Source of the DNA: a virus
Strand: one strand, 5' to 3'
DNA: 64,000 bases
IMG/VR virus record: IMGVR_UViG_3300031616_000003
Span: 7,080 to 71,079 of that record
The translations under genes and the position numbers were made by a program. Under the pieces are notes generated by a model, which was not told where the DNA came from, did not search any database, and was given only the letters and a program-made list of their open reading frames with translations. Position 1 is the first letter of the stretch, and the number at the start of each line of letters is the position of its first letter. Positions 40,353 to 47,703 of the stretch are shown here, piece after piece.

Positions 40353-40766
40353 TTAGGTCTCCGCGCGCAGCCGGATCGCGCCCTCTGTCAGCAGGTTCAA
40401 CGCGCCGAGCACCTCGCCGAGTACGGCTCGCAACTGTCGGATCTCCCCGCCCGCTTCGGCGCTGAGCAGGCCCTCTGCCCGGGTGATGGTCTCGCCGAGA
40501 TCGTCAAATATCACGGCGTCCTCGGCGCGGACCCGGTAGCGGTCCGGCCGGGTCCAGGGCTTGCCGGCCAGGCCGGCGTTGTGGTGCTCGGCGATCTGGT
40601 GGGCGTCCGCCTCGGACAGATACCGGGCGATCTGCAGCTCACCGGTGGCCGGGTCGGACTGCACCGGGCTCTTCGCAACGTTCATCACGCACCAGCTGCC
40701 CAGCGCCGACATGTCGTCGATGACGGCATACCAGCGCTGGGCAGCGATGTCTTCCGGGTTGGTCAT
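40353..40766 (-). CDS. Hypothetical protein
   Basis: GGGAGA RBS. Confidence 0.7.
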   Translation of the reverse strand: MTNPEDIAAQRWYAVIDDMSALGSWCVMNVAKSPVQSDPATGELQIARYLSEADAHQIAEHHNAGLAGKPWTRPDRYRVRAEDAVIFDDLGETITRAEGLLSAEAGGEIRQLRAVLGEVLGALNLLTEGAIRLRAET

Positions 40767-40855
40767 GGCTCTCCCACAGGTCTGGCTGGCCTGGGGTGAT
40801 TGTGCCTCTTGCCTGCGACTATTTCCCCCGGCGATTAGCTCGAGAGCTTCGCCGC

Positions 40856-41524
40856 CTACTCGGACTTGACGTCCAGGCCGCTCTCCGCCACGGCGGCACC
40901 GCGGGTGGCGCCCTTGGCGTACGCCGCGCTGGTCCGGCTCAGGCCCTCGTACGACGAGCTGACACCCTGGCCGGTGGCAGCGACGGCGATCGACGAGGAG
41001 AAGCCCATGCTGCCGGCCTGCTGCCAGGTGTCCGGGCCGGCGCCCATGAAGATCGCCGCCCACTTCCCGGCGTCCTCCCGGTCCTTGATCATCTTGGCGA
41101 TGCCCTCGCGGGTGTACTCCCGGGAGGAGTTCTCCTGCCCGTCGGTCTGCGCGACCAGCAGTACCCGGTCGTCCGCGCCCAGCTGGAGCACCGCGGCCTC
41201 GAAGTCCGTGATCACCTTGCCGATCGCGTCCAGCAGCGCGGTGCCGCCGTTCGGGGTGTAGTTGCCGGTGTCGAGCCGCGGCGCGTCCTTCGGCTTCGCG
41301 CTGGTGCACAGCAGGGTGACCCCGGTGTTGAACAGCACGGAGGTCACCCGGTAGCGGATGCCGACGGCCTCGCGCGGGTCGCGCAGCTCGCCGCTGGCGA
41401 CGTCGACATCCTTGCCCAGGTCGTCCAGGTAGGCGTTGTAGCCGCCGCGCACATCGTCGGCGAGCGCGTACATGCTGCCGCTGACGTCGGTGGCCAGCAG
41501 CACGTAGGTGGTGGGCTTGCTCAT
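40856..41524 (-). CDS. vWA domain protein
   Basis: MIDAS DVSGSM, GGTALLDAIG and TDGQENSS. Confidence 0.92.
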   Translation of the reverse strand: MSKPTTYVLLATDVSGSMYALADDVRGGYNAYLDDLGKDVDVASGELRDPREAVGIRYRVTSVLFNTGVTLLCTSAKPKDAPRLDTGNYTPNGGTALLDAIGKVITDFEAAVLQLGADDRVLLVAQTDGQENSSREYTREGIAKMIKDREDAGKWAAIFMGAGPDTWQQAGSMGFSSSIAVAATGQGVSSSYEGLSRTSAAYAKGATRGAAVAESGLDVKSE

Positions 41525-41552
41525 CTCGGGTACTCCTCGGGTGGGTTGTTGT

Positions 41553-41945
41553 TCACCACCAGGACCAGCGGGCCATGTGGCGGTGCTGGGTGGTGGACGG
41601 GACGGTGTCGATCTCGCCGCTGCCGCGGTGTTCCTGGCGGACCCGGGTCAGCTCGTCACGCACTCGGCGCCGGTCGGGTCCGGTGTACTCCAGGCGCACG
41701 TACCAGGTGGGCACGCCGCGCGGTCCGTACGGGCGGTAGTAGTGGTCCCAGGTGGGCCGCCAGCAGCAGGCCGCGCCCTGGCGGGTGCGCCAGCTGTGGT
41801 TCACAGGCCGCTCGCGCTTGGGCTCGGCGGGCAGGTCGCATTCGCGCCGGCCGTTGCGCCAGAGCGCGAACTGGCAGCTGTGGTGATCGGGCTCCCAGTA
41901 GTGGGACAGCAGCCAGAACGGCAGGTCTTTGTCGGTGCGGGACAT
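41553..41945 (-). CDS. Arg/Trp-rich 'MSRTD' protein, paralogue 2
   Basis: MSRTDKDLP...HH..CDLP; GAGGAGG RBS. Confidence 0.75.
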   Translation of the reverse strand: MSRTDKDLPFWLLSHYWEPDHHSCQFALWRNGRRECDLPAEPKRERPVNHSWRTRQGAACCWRPTWDHYYRPYGPRGVPTWYVRLEYTGPDRRRVRDELTRVRQEHRGSGEIDTVPSTTQHRHMARWSWW

Positions 41946-41983
41946 TTCGGCCTCCTCGCGGAGGACCACATGGTGTGGCCCTA

Positions 41984-42013
41984 CTAAGGTGGCCGTGAGC
42001 TGCGCATGCGCAT
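41984..42013 (-). promoter_or_regulatory. uORF MRMRSSRPP-UAG followed by hairpins
   Basis: AGGAG RBS; ends CGG CCA CCT TAG TAG; CCTCC-GCGA-GGAGG hairpin masks the downstream SD. Confidence 0.6.
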
Positions 42014-42015
42014 GA

Positions 42016-42330
42016 TCACTTCTCCTGTTCCCGCCGGTCTTCGATGATCAGCCGGACGATGCCGGCGCCGATCCGGATGGCCTGGGCGTTGGTCAGGCCG
42101 TACTTCGACACCAGTAGCCGGTACGCCGGCACCTCGCCCCGCTCGGCGACGATGATCCTGACCACGTCCGGGTCGGCGTGCAGTCGGATCCCGTGCTCCT
42201 CGCCGAGCACCGAGCCGTCGGCCGCCTCCACGCCGTGCGCCTGGGGGAACTCCACGAAGCCGTGGCCGGCCAGCTCGCCCATCAGCTGGTTGGTCTGCCG
42301 ACTGGCCGGTGTGGGATCAAGGTCAGTCAT
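42016..42330 (-). CDS. Hypothetical protein
   Basis: ORF track. Confidence 0.65.
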   Translation of the reverse strand: MTDLDPTPASRQTNQLMGELAGHGFVEFPQAHGVEAADGSVLGEEHGIRLHADPDVVRIIVAERGEVPAYRLLVSKYGLTNAQAIRIGAGIVRLIIEDRREQEK

Positions 42331-42343
42331 GGCAAACAGCCTA

Positions 42344-42610
42344 CTACTGGGCTTCGACACCCGTGTCGGCGGCACGCCGGGTGATCTCCTCGTCACGCAG
42401 CCGGCGCAACCGGTTGATCAGCGCGGGGGAGTGCCGCTGCGCGCGCTCGTCGTCCAGCATCCGGTTCAGCGCCAGGTAGTAGGCCGTCTCGGTGACGTGC
42501 GGCCAGCGCTGGCGGAACTCGCTGTGCTTGGACCCGGCGAGCTTCCAGGTGCGCGCCTCCAGTTCCAGGACGTCGAGCTGGAGGCGCGACAGCGGCAGTT
42601 CGTTGAGCAT
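42344..42610 (-). CDS. DUF3263-like protein
   Basis: LELE...W...GSK...YY..LN..LD...P.L.NRLRRLR. Confidence 0.8.
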   Translation of the reverse strand: MLNELPLSRLQLDVLELEARTWKLAGSKHSEFRQRWPHVTETAYYLALNRMLDDERAQRHSPALINRLRRLRDEEITRRAADTGVEAQ

Positions 42611-42612
42611 GA

Positions 42613-43038
42613 TCAGAAATTACCCTCAGCGCACTGGAAAACGGTGAGGCCCAGCCGGCGCCACATCCGGACGACCTTGTCCCGGTCGTCGACCACGAAC
42701 GCGACGTCGTAGTGCGGCAGGACGCGTTCCTGGTACAGCTCGAGCTTGACGACGTCGTCCGGCCGGTTGTCCTTGTGCGGGCGCATGATCAGCTCTCGGA
42801 ACCAGACCTGCTGCTCGCCCAGGCTCCGGAAGGTGGCCTCGTAGCAGACCTCGTCACGACCGGACATCACCACGATCTCCAGGTCGCCGGCCTTGATGAT
42901 GCTGTGGGCCAGCTCGACCACGGCCTCGTTCGGGGTGTCCTCGCCGACTCGGTGCCAGTCGTAGAACTTGCGCCCGCCGGTGTTCTTCATCAGGGTGCCG
43001 TCCACGTCGAACAGCACCACGCGGGGCTTAACGATCAC
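42613..43038 (-). CDS. Standalone polynucleotide 3'-phosphatase (T4 PNK C-terminal HAD-like)
   Basis: DVDGTL, SGR, MR...D.RPD.VVK, DDR..VV.MWR and GNF. Confidence 0.88.
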   Translation of the reverse strand: MIVKPRVVLFDVDGTLMKNTGGRKFYDWHRVGEDTPNEAVVELAHSIIKAGDLEIVVMSGRDEVCYEATFRSLGEQQVWFRELIMRPHKDNRPDDVVKLELYQERVLPHYDVAFVVDDRDKVVRMWRRLGLTVFQCAEGNF

Positions 43039-43264
43039 TATGGTTCTCCCTGGCCATGAAGGTCCACGCCCATCCCTGGGTGTAGTCGCAGTCGCCGCGA
43101 GGGCAGTGCCAGCCCTCGCCGGTAGCAACGAGCGAGACGCCCGATTCGTGCTGGCGGTCCTGGCCACGGCCGCAGGTGAAGGGGTGGAAGGGTCCGTGTT
43201 CCTGGTATTGGTTCAGCGCCGCGGCGACTTCCGGGCCCCAGGGGGCGAAGATTTTGTCCGGCAT
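43028..43264 (-). CDS. Hypothetical Zn-binding protein
   Basis: HPFTC..LVAT..GW.C..C.YTQ.WA. Confidence 0.75.
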   Translation of the reverse strand: MPDKIFAPWGPEVAAALNQYQEHGPFHPFTCGRGQDRQHESGVSLVATGEGWHCPRGDCDYTQGWAWTFMARENHSDR

Positions 43265-43473
43265 CAATCCTCCTCGTCTTCCTCGTCGAGCGTGTCCACC
43301 AGCTCTCGCAGCGGGATCTGCATGCCGCCACCGACGTCGACCATCGGCTCCTCGTCGCAGAGGGCGCCGCCTTCCTCGTACGGGGCGAGGAAGACATCGA
43401 TGTCGTCGATCTTCAGTGGACCGCCGCCGGGATTGAGGAGCACGCGGCGACGCTGCTCGGGGATACGCACCAT
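43264..43473 (-). CDS. Small acidic protein
   Basis: ORF track; TGATG coupling. Confidence 0.6.
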   Translation of the reverse strand: MVRIPEQRRRVLLNPGGGPLKIDDIDVFLAPYEEGGALCDEEPMVDVGGGMQIPLRELVDTLDEEDEED

Positions 43474-43514
43474 CCGAGCAGCGTAGCGCACAAGTGTGAC
43501 ACCGTACGGCGGAT

Positions 43515-43817
43515 TCAGACCGCGGCCGGCACGCTCTCGTAAGCCCGCCGGCGCGGCGCGGGCCGGGCCGCCGCTCGGCGATCACCGGGCAGCACGTAGT
43601 CGGCCAGCCGGGCGCCCGGGTCCAGCCACATCAGCAGCGAGCACAGGGTGTCCGCGTCGGGCCGAAACCCGTCGTTGAGCCGGGTGAACACGCTGGACGA
43701 GCCGGCGCCGATCTGCCGCGCGACCTCGCGGAACGAGATCTCGTCGGGGGTGCCGGCCCGGCGGGCCCGGTCGATGGCGCGGGCCAGTTTGACGGTGTCC
43801 AGCCGGTGGGTGGTCAC
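43515..43817 (-). CDS. XRE-type HTH protein
   Basis: SFREVARQIG...FTRL..G.RPD. Confidence 0.8.
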   Translation of the reverse strand: MTTHRLDTVKLARAIDRARRAGTPDEISFREVARQIGAGSSSVFTRLNDGFRPDADTLCSLLMWLDPGARLADYVLPGDRRAAARPAPRRRAYESVPAAV

Positions 43818-44401
43818 TGGGGGCGCTCCGTCCTGCCGGTCCGACCGGCGATCTCGGCCCGGGCGTACGCCGCCAGGACCTCGGTGGCCGGCTCGTCCTC
43901 CTCGAAGAAGTCGCCGTCGATCGTGGCGCGGCAGCAGCCGTCGCAGTCGTGGTCGGCCAGCTCCGGGTGCAGCCGCACCTGCTGGTCGTCGGGGTCCGGG
44001 TGGTGCTGCTCGTGCGTACACAGCCGGGTCATGATGCCGAGGTCCTCGCGCCAGCTCAGCGGCCAGTCGGCCTGCGGGTGGTCACTGGGCCAGTGCACCG
44101 GGCAGGTCGGCCGGCAGCGGGTGGGCCCGTGCACGCGCAGCGGTGTCGTGTCCCGCGGCGGGCCGACGAAGACGTAGTCGATCTGCGGCAGCGCCTCGTG
44201 CTCGGACCGGGTCGGCAGCCGGCCGTGCCGGCCCCACGCCTGGTACTCCTGCCACGTCATGCCCAGGTAGACGTGCAGCTGCACATGGCTGTCGCTGGCG
44301 GTCCAGACCTCCAGGAAGTCGTCAACCGCGGCGGCCGGGACCTCGCCGGCGAAGTAGAGGTCCAGGAACCTCAGGGGCTTGTTCACGTTGGCCTCTCTCA
44401 C
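43814..44401 (-). CDS. Hypothetical Cys/His-rich protein
   Basis: C.VH.PSDH..WR.D...R.C.H..H.DPD..H.CDGCC. Confidence 0.75.
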   Translation of the reverse strand: MREANVNKPLRFLDLYFAGEVPAAAVDDFLEVWTASDSHVQLHVYLGMTWQEYQAWGRHGRLPTRSEHEALPQIDYVFVGPPRDTTPLRVHGPTRCRPTCPVHWPSDHPQADWPLSWREDLGIMTRLCTHEQHHPDPDDQQVRLHPELADHDCDGCCRATIDGDFFEEDEPATEVLAAYARAEIAGRTGRTERPQ

Positions 44402-44790
44402 ATCGCGCTCGTGATGCGCCAGTTGTGGCGCCCCGAGCGCAGGTACACCTCGTGCAGGATGGTCACCCGCAGGCGCAGGATCTGCCCCTGGCCCACCGCG
44501 GCCTCCTCACGCGGACCTGGCGCACCGTGCTGGTCCAGCAGGAACCGGCTGGTCATCGCCTCCTCGGTGGCACCGATGCAGGTGGGCTGGTGCGCGCCGT
44601 AGTCCAGCCAGGCCCAGTAGTCGTCCGGCCGCGGATCCTCGGCGGCCGCGAGCAGCACCCTCACCACCCGCTTGGCGGTGCGGTCCTGCTGAGCGAAGCC
44701 CAGCGGGCCGAAGTGCCGCAGCGGATGCGTGGAGCCCGGCTCGTCAGCGGAGGCGAACAGCTCCCACTCGGTCTCGAACAGGTCGCTCAC
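44398..44790 (-). CDS. Hypothetical protein
   Basis: GTGA coupling. Confidence 0.65.
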   Translation of the reverse strand: MSDLFETEWELFASADEPGSTHPLRHFGPLGFAQQDRTAKRVVRVLLAAAEDPRPDDYWAWLDYGAHQPTCIGATEEAMTSRFLLDQHGAPGPREEAAVGQGQILRLRVTILHEVYLRSGRHNWRITSAM

Positions 44791-45131
44791 AGGACCACCT
44801 GCGCATCCGGGGCGCGCATGACCCGGCCGTAGCGTTTGCAGTAGTCCTGGTGCAGCTCGCCCTCGCCGGCCGAGCAGGTAGCACAGCCGTACCGGTCGCT
44901 GGTGCGGTGCGGGAAGCGGTCCGGCGTGAAGCCGAGCTTCCAAGCCCTGGTGCCGAACTCCACGGTCGTGGCCGCGCTTAGGATCGCCGAGGCCGCGCGG
45001 GCGCCCAGATGATCCGGGTTGGCGATCGCGCCGCTGGCCATCAGGCTGTCCTCGTACTCCCGCTGGACCTCGGCGGCGATCCGCTCGTACAGGCTCACCA
45101 TCTGCGGGTCGTTGTCCCAGTTGATGTCCAC
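44787..45131 (-). CDS. Hypothetical protein
   Basis: GAGGAGG RBS; first gene of the leftward unit. Confidence 0.7.
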   Translation of the reverse strand: MDINWDNDPQMVSLYERIAAEVQREYEDSLMASGAIANPDHLGARAASAILSAATTVEFGTRAWKLGFTPDRFPHRTSDRYGCATCSAGEGELHQDYCKRYGRVMRAPDAQVVL

Positions 45132-45223
45132 GTTCGTCCGGCCTCCTCAAGTTTGAGACAGCGTACAACATCAGGTGCGACAGACCGGCACGTGCCACGA
45201 TCACGTGAAATCCCAGCATGCAA

Positions 45224-45447
45224 TAAACGAAAACCCCCTGCATAGCTCTTGCCATACCCGGGGATTAAACGGACATCGCGCGATAGCAAGTGCCATCCGA
45301 GGGTTTTCTGTTTATTCGGCCGGACCGACGTTCGCGCAGGTCAGGCCCTACGCGAAAATTCCGGAAACTCGGCCATAGCAAGTGCCATACCCGGGGTTTC
45401 CGCAGAAAACCCCCGGATGGCACTTGCTATGCAGGGGTTTTCGTTTA
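45224..45447. repeat. Four copies (3 direct, 1 inverted) of ATAGCAAGTGCCAT(A)CCNGGGG within an outer inverted repeat
   Basis: Copies at about 45241, 45282 and 45374, inverted copy at 45405-45431; outer TAAACGAAAACCCC(C)TGCATAGC / GCTATGCAGGGGTTTTCGTTTA. Confidence 0.85.
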
Positions 45448-45656
45448 ATTCCTCACCAGGTGGGACTCTCGCGTACCCTGGGGCAAGGTCGGAGGCGTGC
45501 TAGCCCACCCCTCCCCACCCTGCGCTCCACGGGTCGTTGGTCCGTCCCTGTCGGCCGCGCGAGGCGAAGACCCGGGCGCCCTCCCCCTTCCAGTGCCGCC
45601 CGGGTCCACGCCCGGTGATGTCACGACACACCTGTATGCTCCTTCGAGGAAAACCC

Positions 45657-45685
45657 TTGTGCGCCAGGCGTGGATCACCTACGGT
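45657..45685 (+). promoter_or_regulatory. Putative housekeeping-sigma promoter of the leader/tRNA operon
   Basis: TTGTGC-N17-TACGGT. Confidence 0.45.
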
Positions 45686-45719
45686 TGGTGTCAAGCAGAA
45701 CTAGACGAGGAGCCCCGAG

Positions 45720-45848
45720 ATGTATCGCTGGCACGCCACGAGCAACCCGCAGCACATGCTGCCGGGCTCGGCAGCCTGCGCCCTCGGGACAATCAACTTC
45801 GTCCGCGATGAGCAGTCCCGCAAGCCCGGAACGAGGCGGCGCCCCTAG
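45720..45848 (+). CDS. Putative attenuator leader peptide (42 aa, all 20 amino acids)
   Basis: GAGGAG RBS; MYRWHATSNPQHMLPGSAACALGTINFVRDEQSRKPGTRRRP*. Confidence 0.7.
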   Translation: MYRWHATSNPQHMLPGSAACALGTINFVRDEQSRKPGTRRRP

Positions 45849-45862
45849 CGCCACGGTCACAC

Positions 45863-45898
45863 AGACGCCGCCTCCGAACTCGGAGAGCGGCGTTTTTT
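45863..45898 (+). terminator. Intrinsic terminator (attenuator) before the first tRNA
   Basis: GACGCCGC-CTCCG-AACT-CGGAG-A-GCGGCGTT with T6 tract; 5' arm can alternatively pair with 45833-45841. Confidence 0.8.
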
Positions 45899-45930
45899 CG
45901 TAGGTCAAACAACTGAATAGGCACCACCGA

Positions 45931-46003
45931 GTGGGTGTAGTTCAACTGGTAGAGCAGCTGCCTCCAAAACAGCAAGTTGCAGGTTCGAGTCCTGTCGCCC
46001 GCG
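45931..46003 (+). tRNA. tRNA-Trp(CCA)
   Basis: Cloverleaf; loop CTCCAAA. Confidence 0.9.
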
Positions 46004-46105
46004 CGTACGGTCCCCCGAGAACCTTTGGGCATGGACATGGCACCACTTGAGAACTGCACAGTGGAATGGCATGAGATCGCCCGGCGGTACGCCGCCGGGC
46101 GCAAT

Positions 46106-46178
46106 GGGGCCTTGGCGCAGCTGGTAGCGCGTCGGTATGGCATACCGAAGGTCGTGGGTTCGAATCCCGCAGGCTCCA
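46106..46178 (+). tRNA. tRNA-Ala(GGC)
   Basis: Cloverleaf; loop ATGGCAT. Confidence 0.9.
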
Positions 46179-46183
46179 CTCAC

Positions 46184-46256
46184 GCTCGTGTAGCTCAGTT
46201 GGGAGAGCGCTGCTCTGAAAAGGCAGAGGCCGCCGGATCGATACCGGCCGCGAGCA
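46184..46256 (+). tRNA. tRNA-Phe(GAA)
   Basis: Cloverleaf; loop CTGAAAA. Confidence 0.88.
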
Positions 46257-46306
46257 CGTCGTCGCCGGTCTGGTCAGGGCGCCATCCCTGCCGGCGGCGG
46301 CTCCAT

Positions 46307-46381
46307 GGGCCACTGGAGCTGTTGGCAAAGCTCATCTCGTTCTCAGCGAGAAGATCGTCGGTTCGAGCCCGACGTGGCCTA
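46307..46381 (+). tRNA. tRNA-Glu(CTC)
   Basis: Cloverleaf; loop TTCTCAG. Confidence 0.88.
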
Positions 46382-46390
46382 CGCAACAAT

Positions 46391-46461
46391 GCGGACGTAG
46401 CTCAATGGCAGAGCTTCTGTCTTCCAAACAGACCACGCGAGTTCGATTCTCGTCGTCCGCT
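46391..46461 (+). tRNA. tRNA-Gly(TCC)
   Basis: Cloverleaf; loop CTTCCAA. Confidence 0.9.
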
Positions 46462-46468
46462 CTTTCGC

Positions 46469-46545
46469 TCCGGGTTGGGCTGTTGGCAGGCTCGACGGGG
46501 TTTTGGTCCCCGGTACAGACGCGGGTTCGAATCCTGCACCCGGAA
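46469..46545 (+). tRNA. tRNA-Gln(TTG)
   Basis: Loop TTTTGGT; atypical D and variable regions. Confidence 0.78.
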
Positions 46546-46550
46546 CAAAT

Positions 46551-46623
46551 GCCGCCGAAGCTCAGCTGGTTGAGCACCCGCATGGTAAGCGGGAGGCTGA
46601 GAGTTCGAATCTCTCCGGTGGCT
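46551..46623 (+). tRNA. tRNA-Thr(GGT)
   Basis: Loop ATGGTAA. Confidence 0.88.
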
Positions 46624-46635
46624 CGTAAATGCAAT

Positions 46636-46708
46636 GCGGCAGTAGCTCAGTAGGTAGAGCGCGACGTTGCCAACGTCGAGGTGGCGGGTTCGAGACCCGT
46701 CTGTCGCT
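46636..46708 (+). tRNA. tRNA-Gly(GCC)
   Basis: Loop TTGCCAA. Confidence 0.9.
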
Positions 46709-46751
46709 CTCGCCCCGGTATCTTTTGATCAAAGAAAAGGAGGTGATCCCG

Positions 46752-47192
46752 GTGAGCGACGTCCTGGTCATCAACGCCGACCTGGGGCCCCTGCACCGGG
46801 TGCCTCTGAAACACGCGATCCGGATGCTGGTCCGCGAGGTCGCCGAGATCCACGACTTTGAGCCCGACAAGCTGATCGGCATCTTCCCGATGCCGCGGGT
46901 GGTCCGGCTCATCCGGTACGTCTACACGAAGTGGCGACACACCAGCGGTCCCGGTTGGTCCCGGGCCGGCGTGCTCAAGCGTGACGGCGACCGCTGCGGC
47001 TACTGCCGCGGCGCGGCCACCACGGTCGACCACATCCAGCCGCGCTCGCGCAGCGGCCGCAACAGCTGGAAGAACACCGTGGCGAGCTGCTACCGGTGTA
47101 ACCAGGCCAAGGCCAACCGCACGCCGGCCGAGGCCGGCATGAGGCTGCTGGTGACCACCGCAGCCCCCACGTGGGCTTCTCTCGCCCACTGA
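46752..47192 (+). CDS. HNH endonuclease within the tRNA array
   Basis: AAAGGAGGTG RBS; RD...CGYC, TVDHI.PRSR.G.N.W.N and CYRCN motifs. Confidence 0.92.
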   Translation: MSDVLVINADLGPLHRVPLKHAIRMLVREVAEIHDFEPDKLIGIFPMPRVVRLIRYVYTKWRHTSGPGWSRAGVLKRDGDRCGYCRGAATTVDHIQPRSRSGRNSWKNTVASCYRCNQAKANRTPAEAGMRLLVTTAAPTWASLAH

Positions 47193-47194
47193 TC

Positions 47195-47273
47195 GCCAGG
47201 CCGACGCCCTGTTGCCGCGGGGCGCGAGTTGAAGGCGCGGAACAAGCACGCCCGCGACGTCGGCCTGGCCCCA
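47195..47273 (+). ncRNA. Unclassified tRNA-sized structured RNA candidate
   Basis: 12-bp closing stem GCCAGGCCGACG/CGTCGGCCTGGC with internal hairpins; ends CCCA. Confidence 0.4.
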
Positions 47274-47274
47274 T

Positions 47275-47347
47275 TCCCCGCTGGTGTAACTGGCAGCACG
47301 CCTGATTCTGGATCAGGAAGCCTTGGGTTCGAATCCTGGGTGGGGAG
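47275..47347 (+). tRNA. tRNA-Gln(CTG)
   Basis: Loop TTCTGGA. Confidence 0.88.
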
Positions 47348-47403
47348 CGTTGACCCTGCGCTGTCATGCTGCCAGCCCGCGAGAGCCGGGCCAGGGTCCA
47401 CAT

Positions 47404-47537
47404 GCCGGGGTAGTTCAGCGGAAGAACACCGCCGCCTCTCGCCTCAGCGTGGTCTGGCCAGACGCGCACGGGGCCCGGGTGTACAACCGGGAGGTTCGCA
47501 GGCGGAGGTCGCAGGTTCGAATCCTGTCTCTGGCCCA
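47404..47537 (+). ncRNA. tRNA-like RNA with a 67-nt structured insert replacing the anticodon loop
   Basis: Acceptor GCCGGGG/CTCTGGC, D arm, CCGCC/GGCGG stem, AGGTC and T arm GCAGGTTCGAATCCTGT all intact. Confidence 0.75.
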
Positions 47538-47539
47538 AT

Positions 47540-47612
47540 GCCGATGCAGCTCAGCAGGTAGAGCACGCCACTCGTAATGGCGAGGGCTCCGGTTCGAGTC
47601 CGGACTTCGGCT
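47540..47612 (+). tRNA. tRNA-Thr(CGT)
   Basis: Loop CTCGTAA. Confidence 0.87.
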
Positions 47613-47617
47613 CTCAT

Positions 47618-47701
47618 GCGCTCGTGGTGGAAATGGTAGTCACGCCGGTTTCAGAAACCGGTCTCCGCGAGGAGGTGGGAGTTCGACTCTCCCCGGGCGC
47701 A
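47618..47701 (+). tRNA. tRNA-Leu(CAG)
   Basis: Loop TTCAGAA; long variable arm. Confidence 0.9.
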
Positions 47702-47703
47702 CT

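Noticed and set aside
45224-45447. CRISPR mini-array
   Set aside because: Irregular spacing, one inverted copy, degenerate repeats and no cas genes.
47434-47500. Group I intron or hammerhead ribozyme
   Set aside because: Too short, and I could see no P7 or CUGANGA/GAAA cores.
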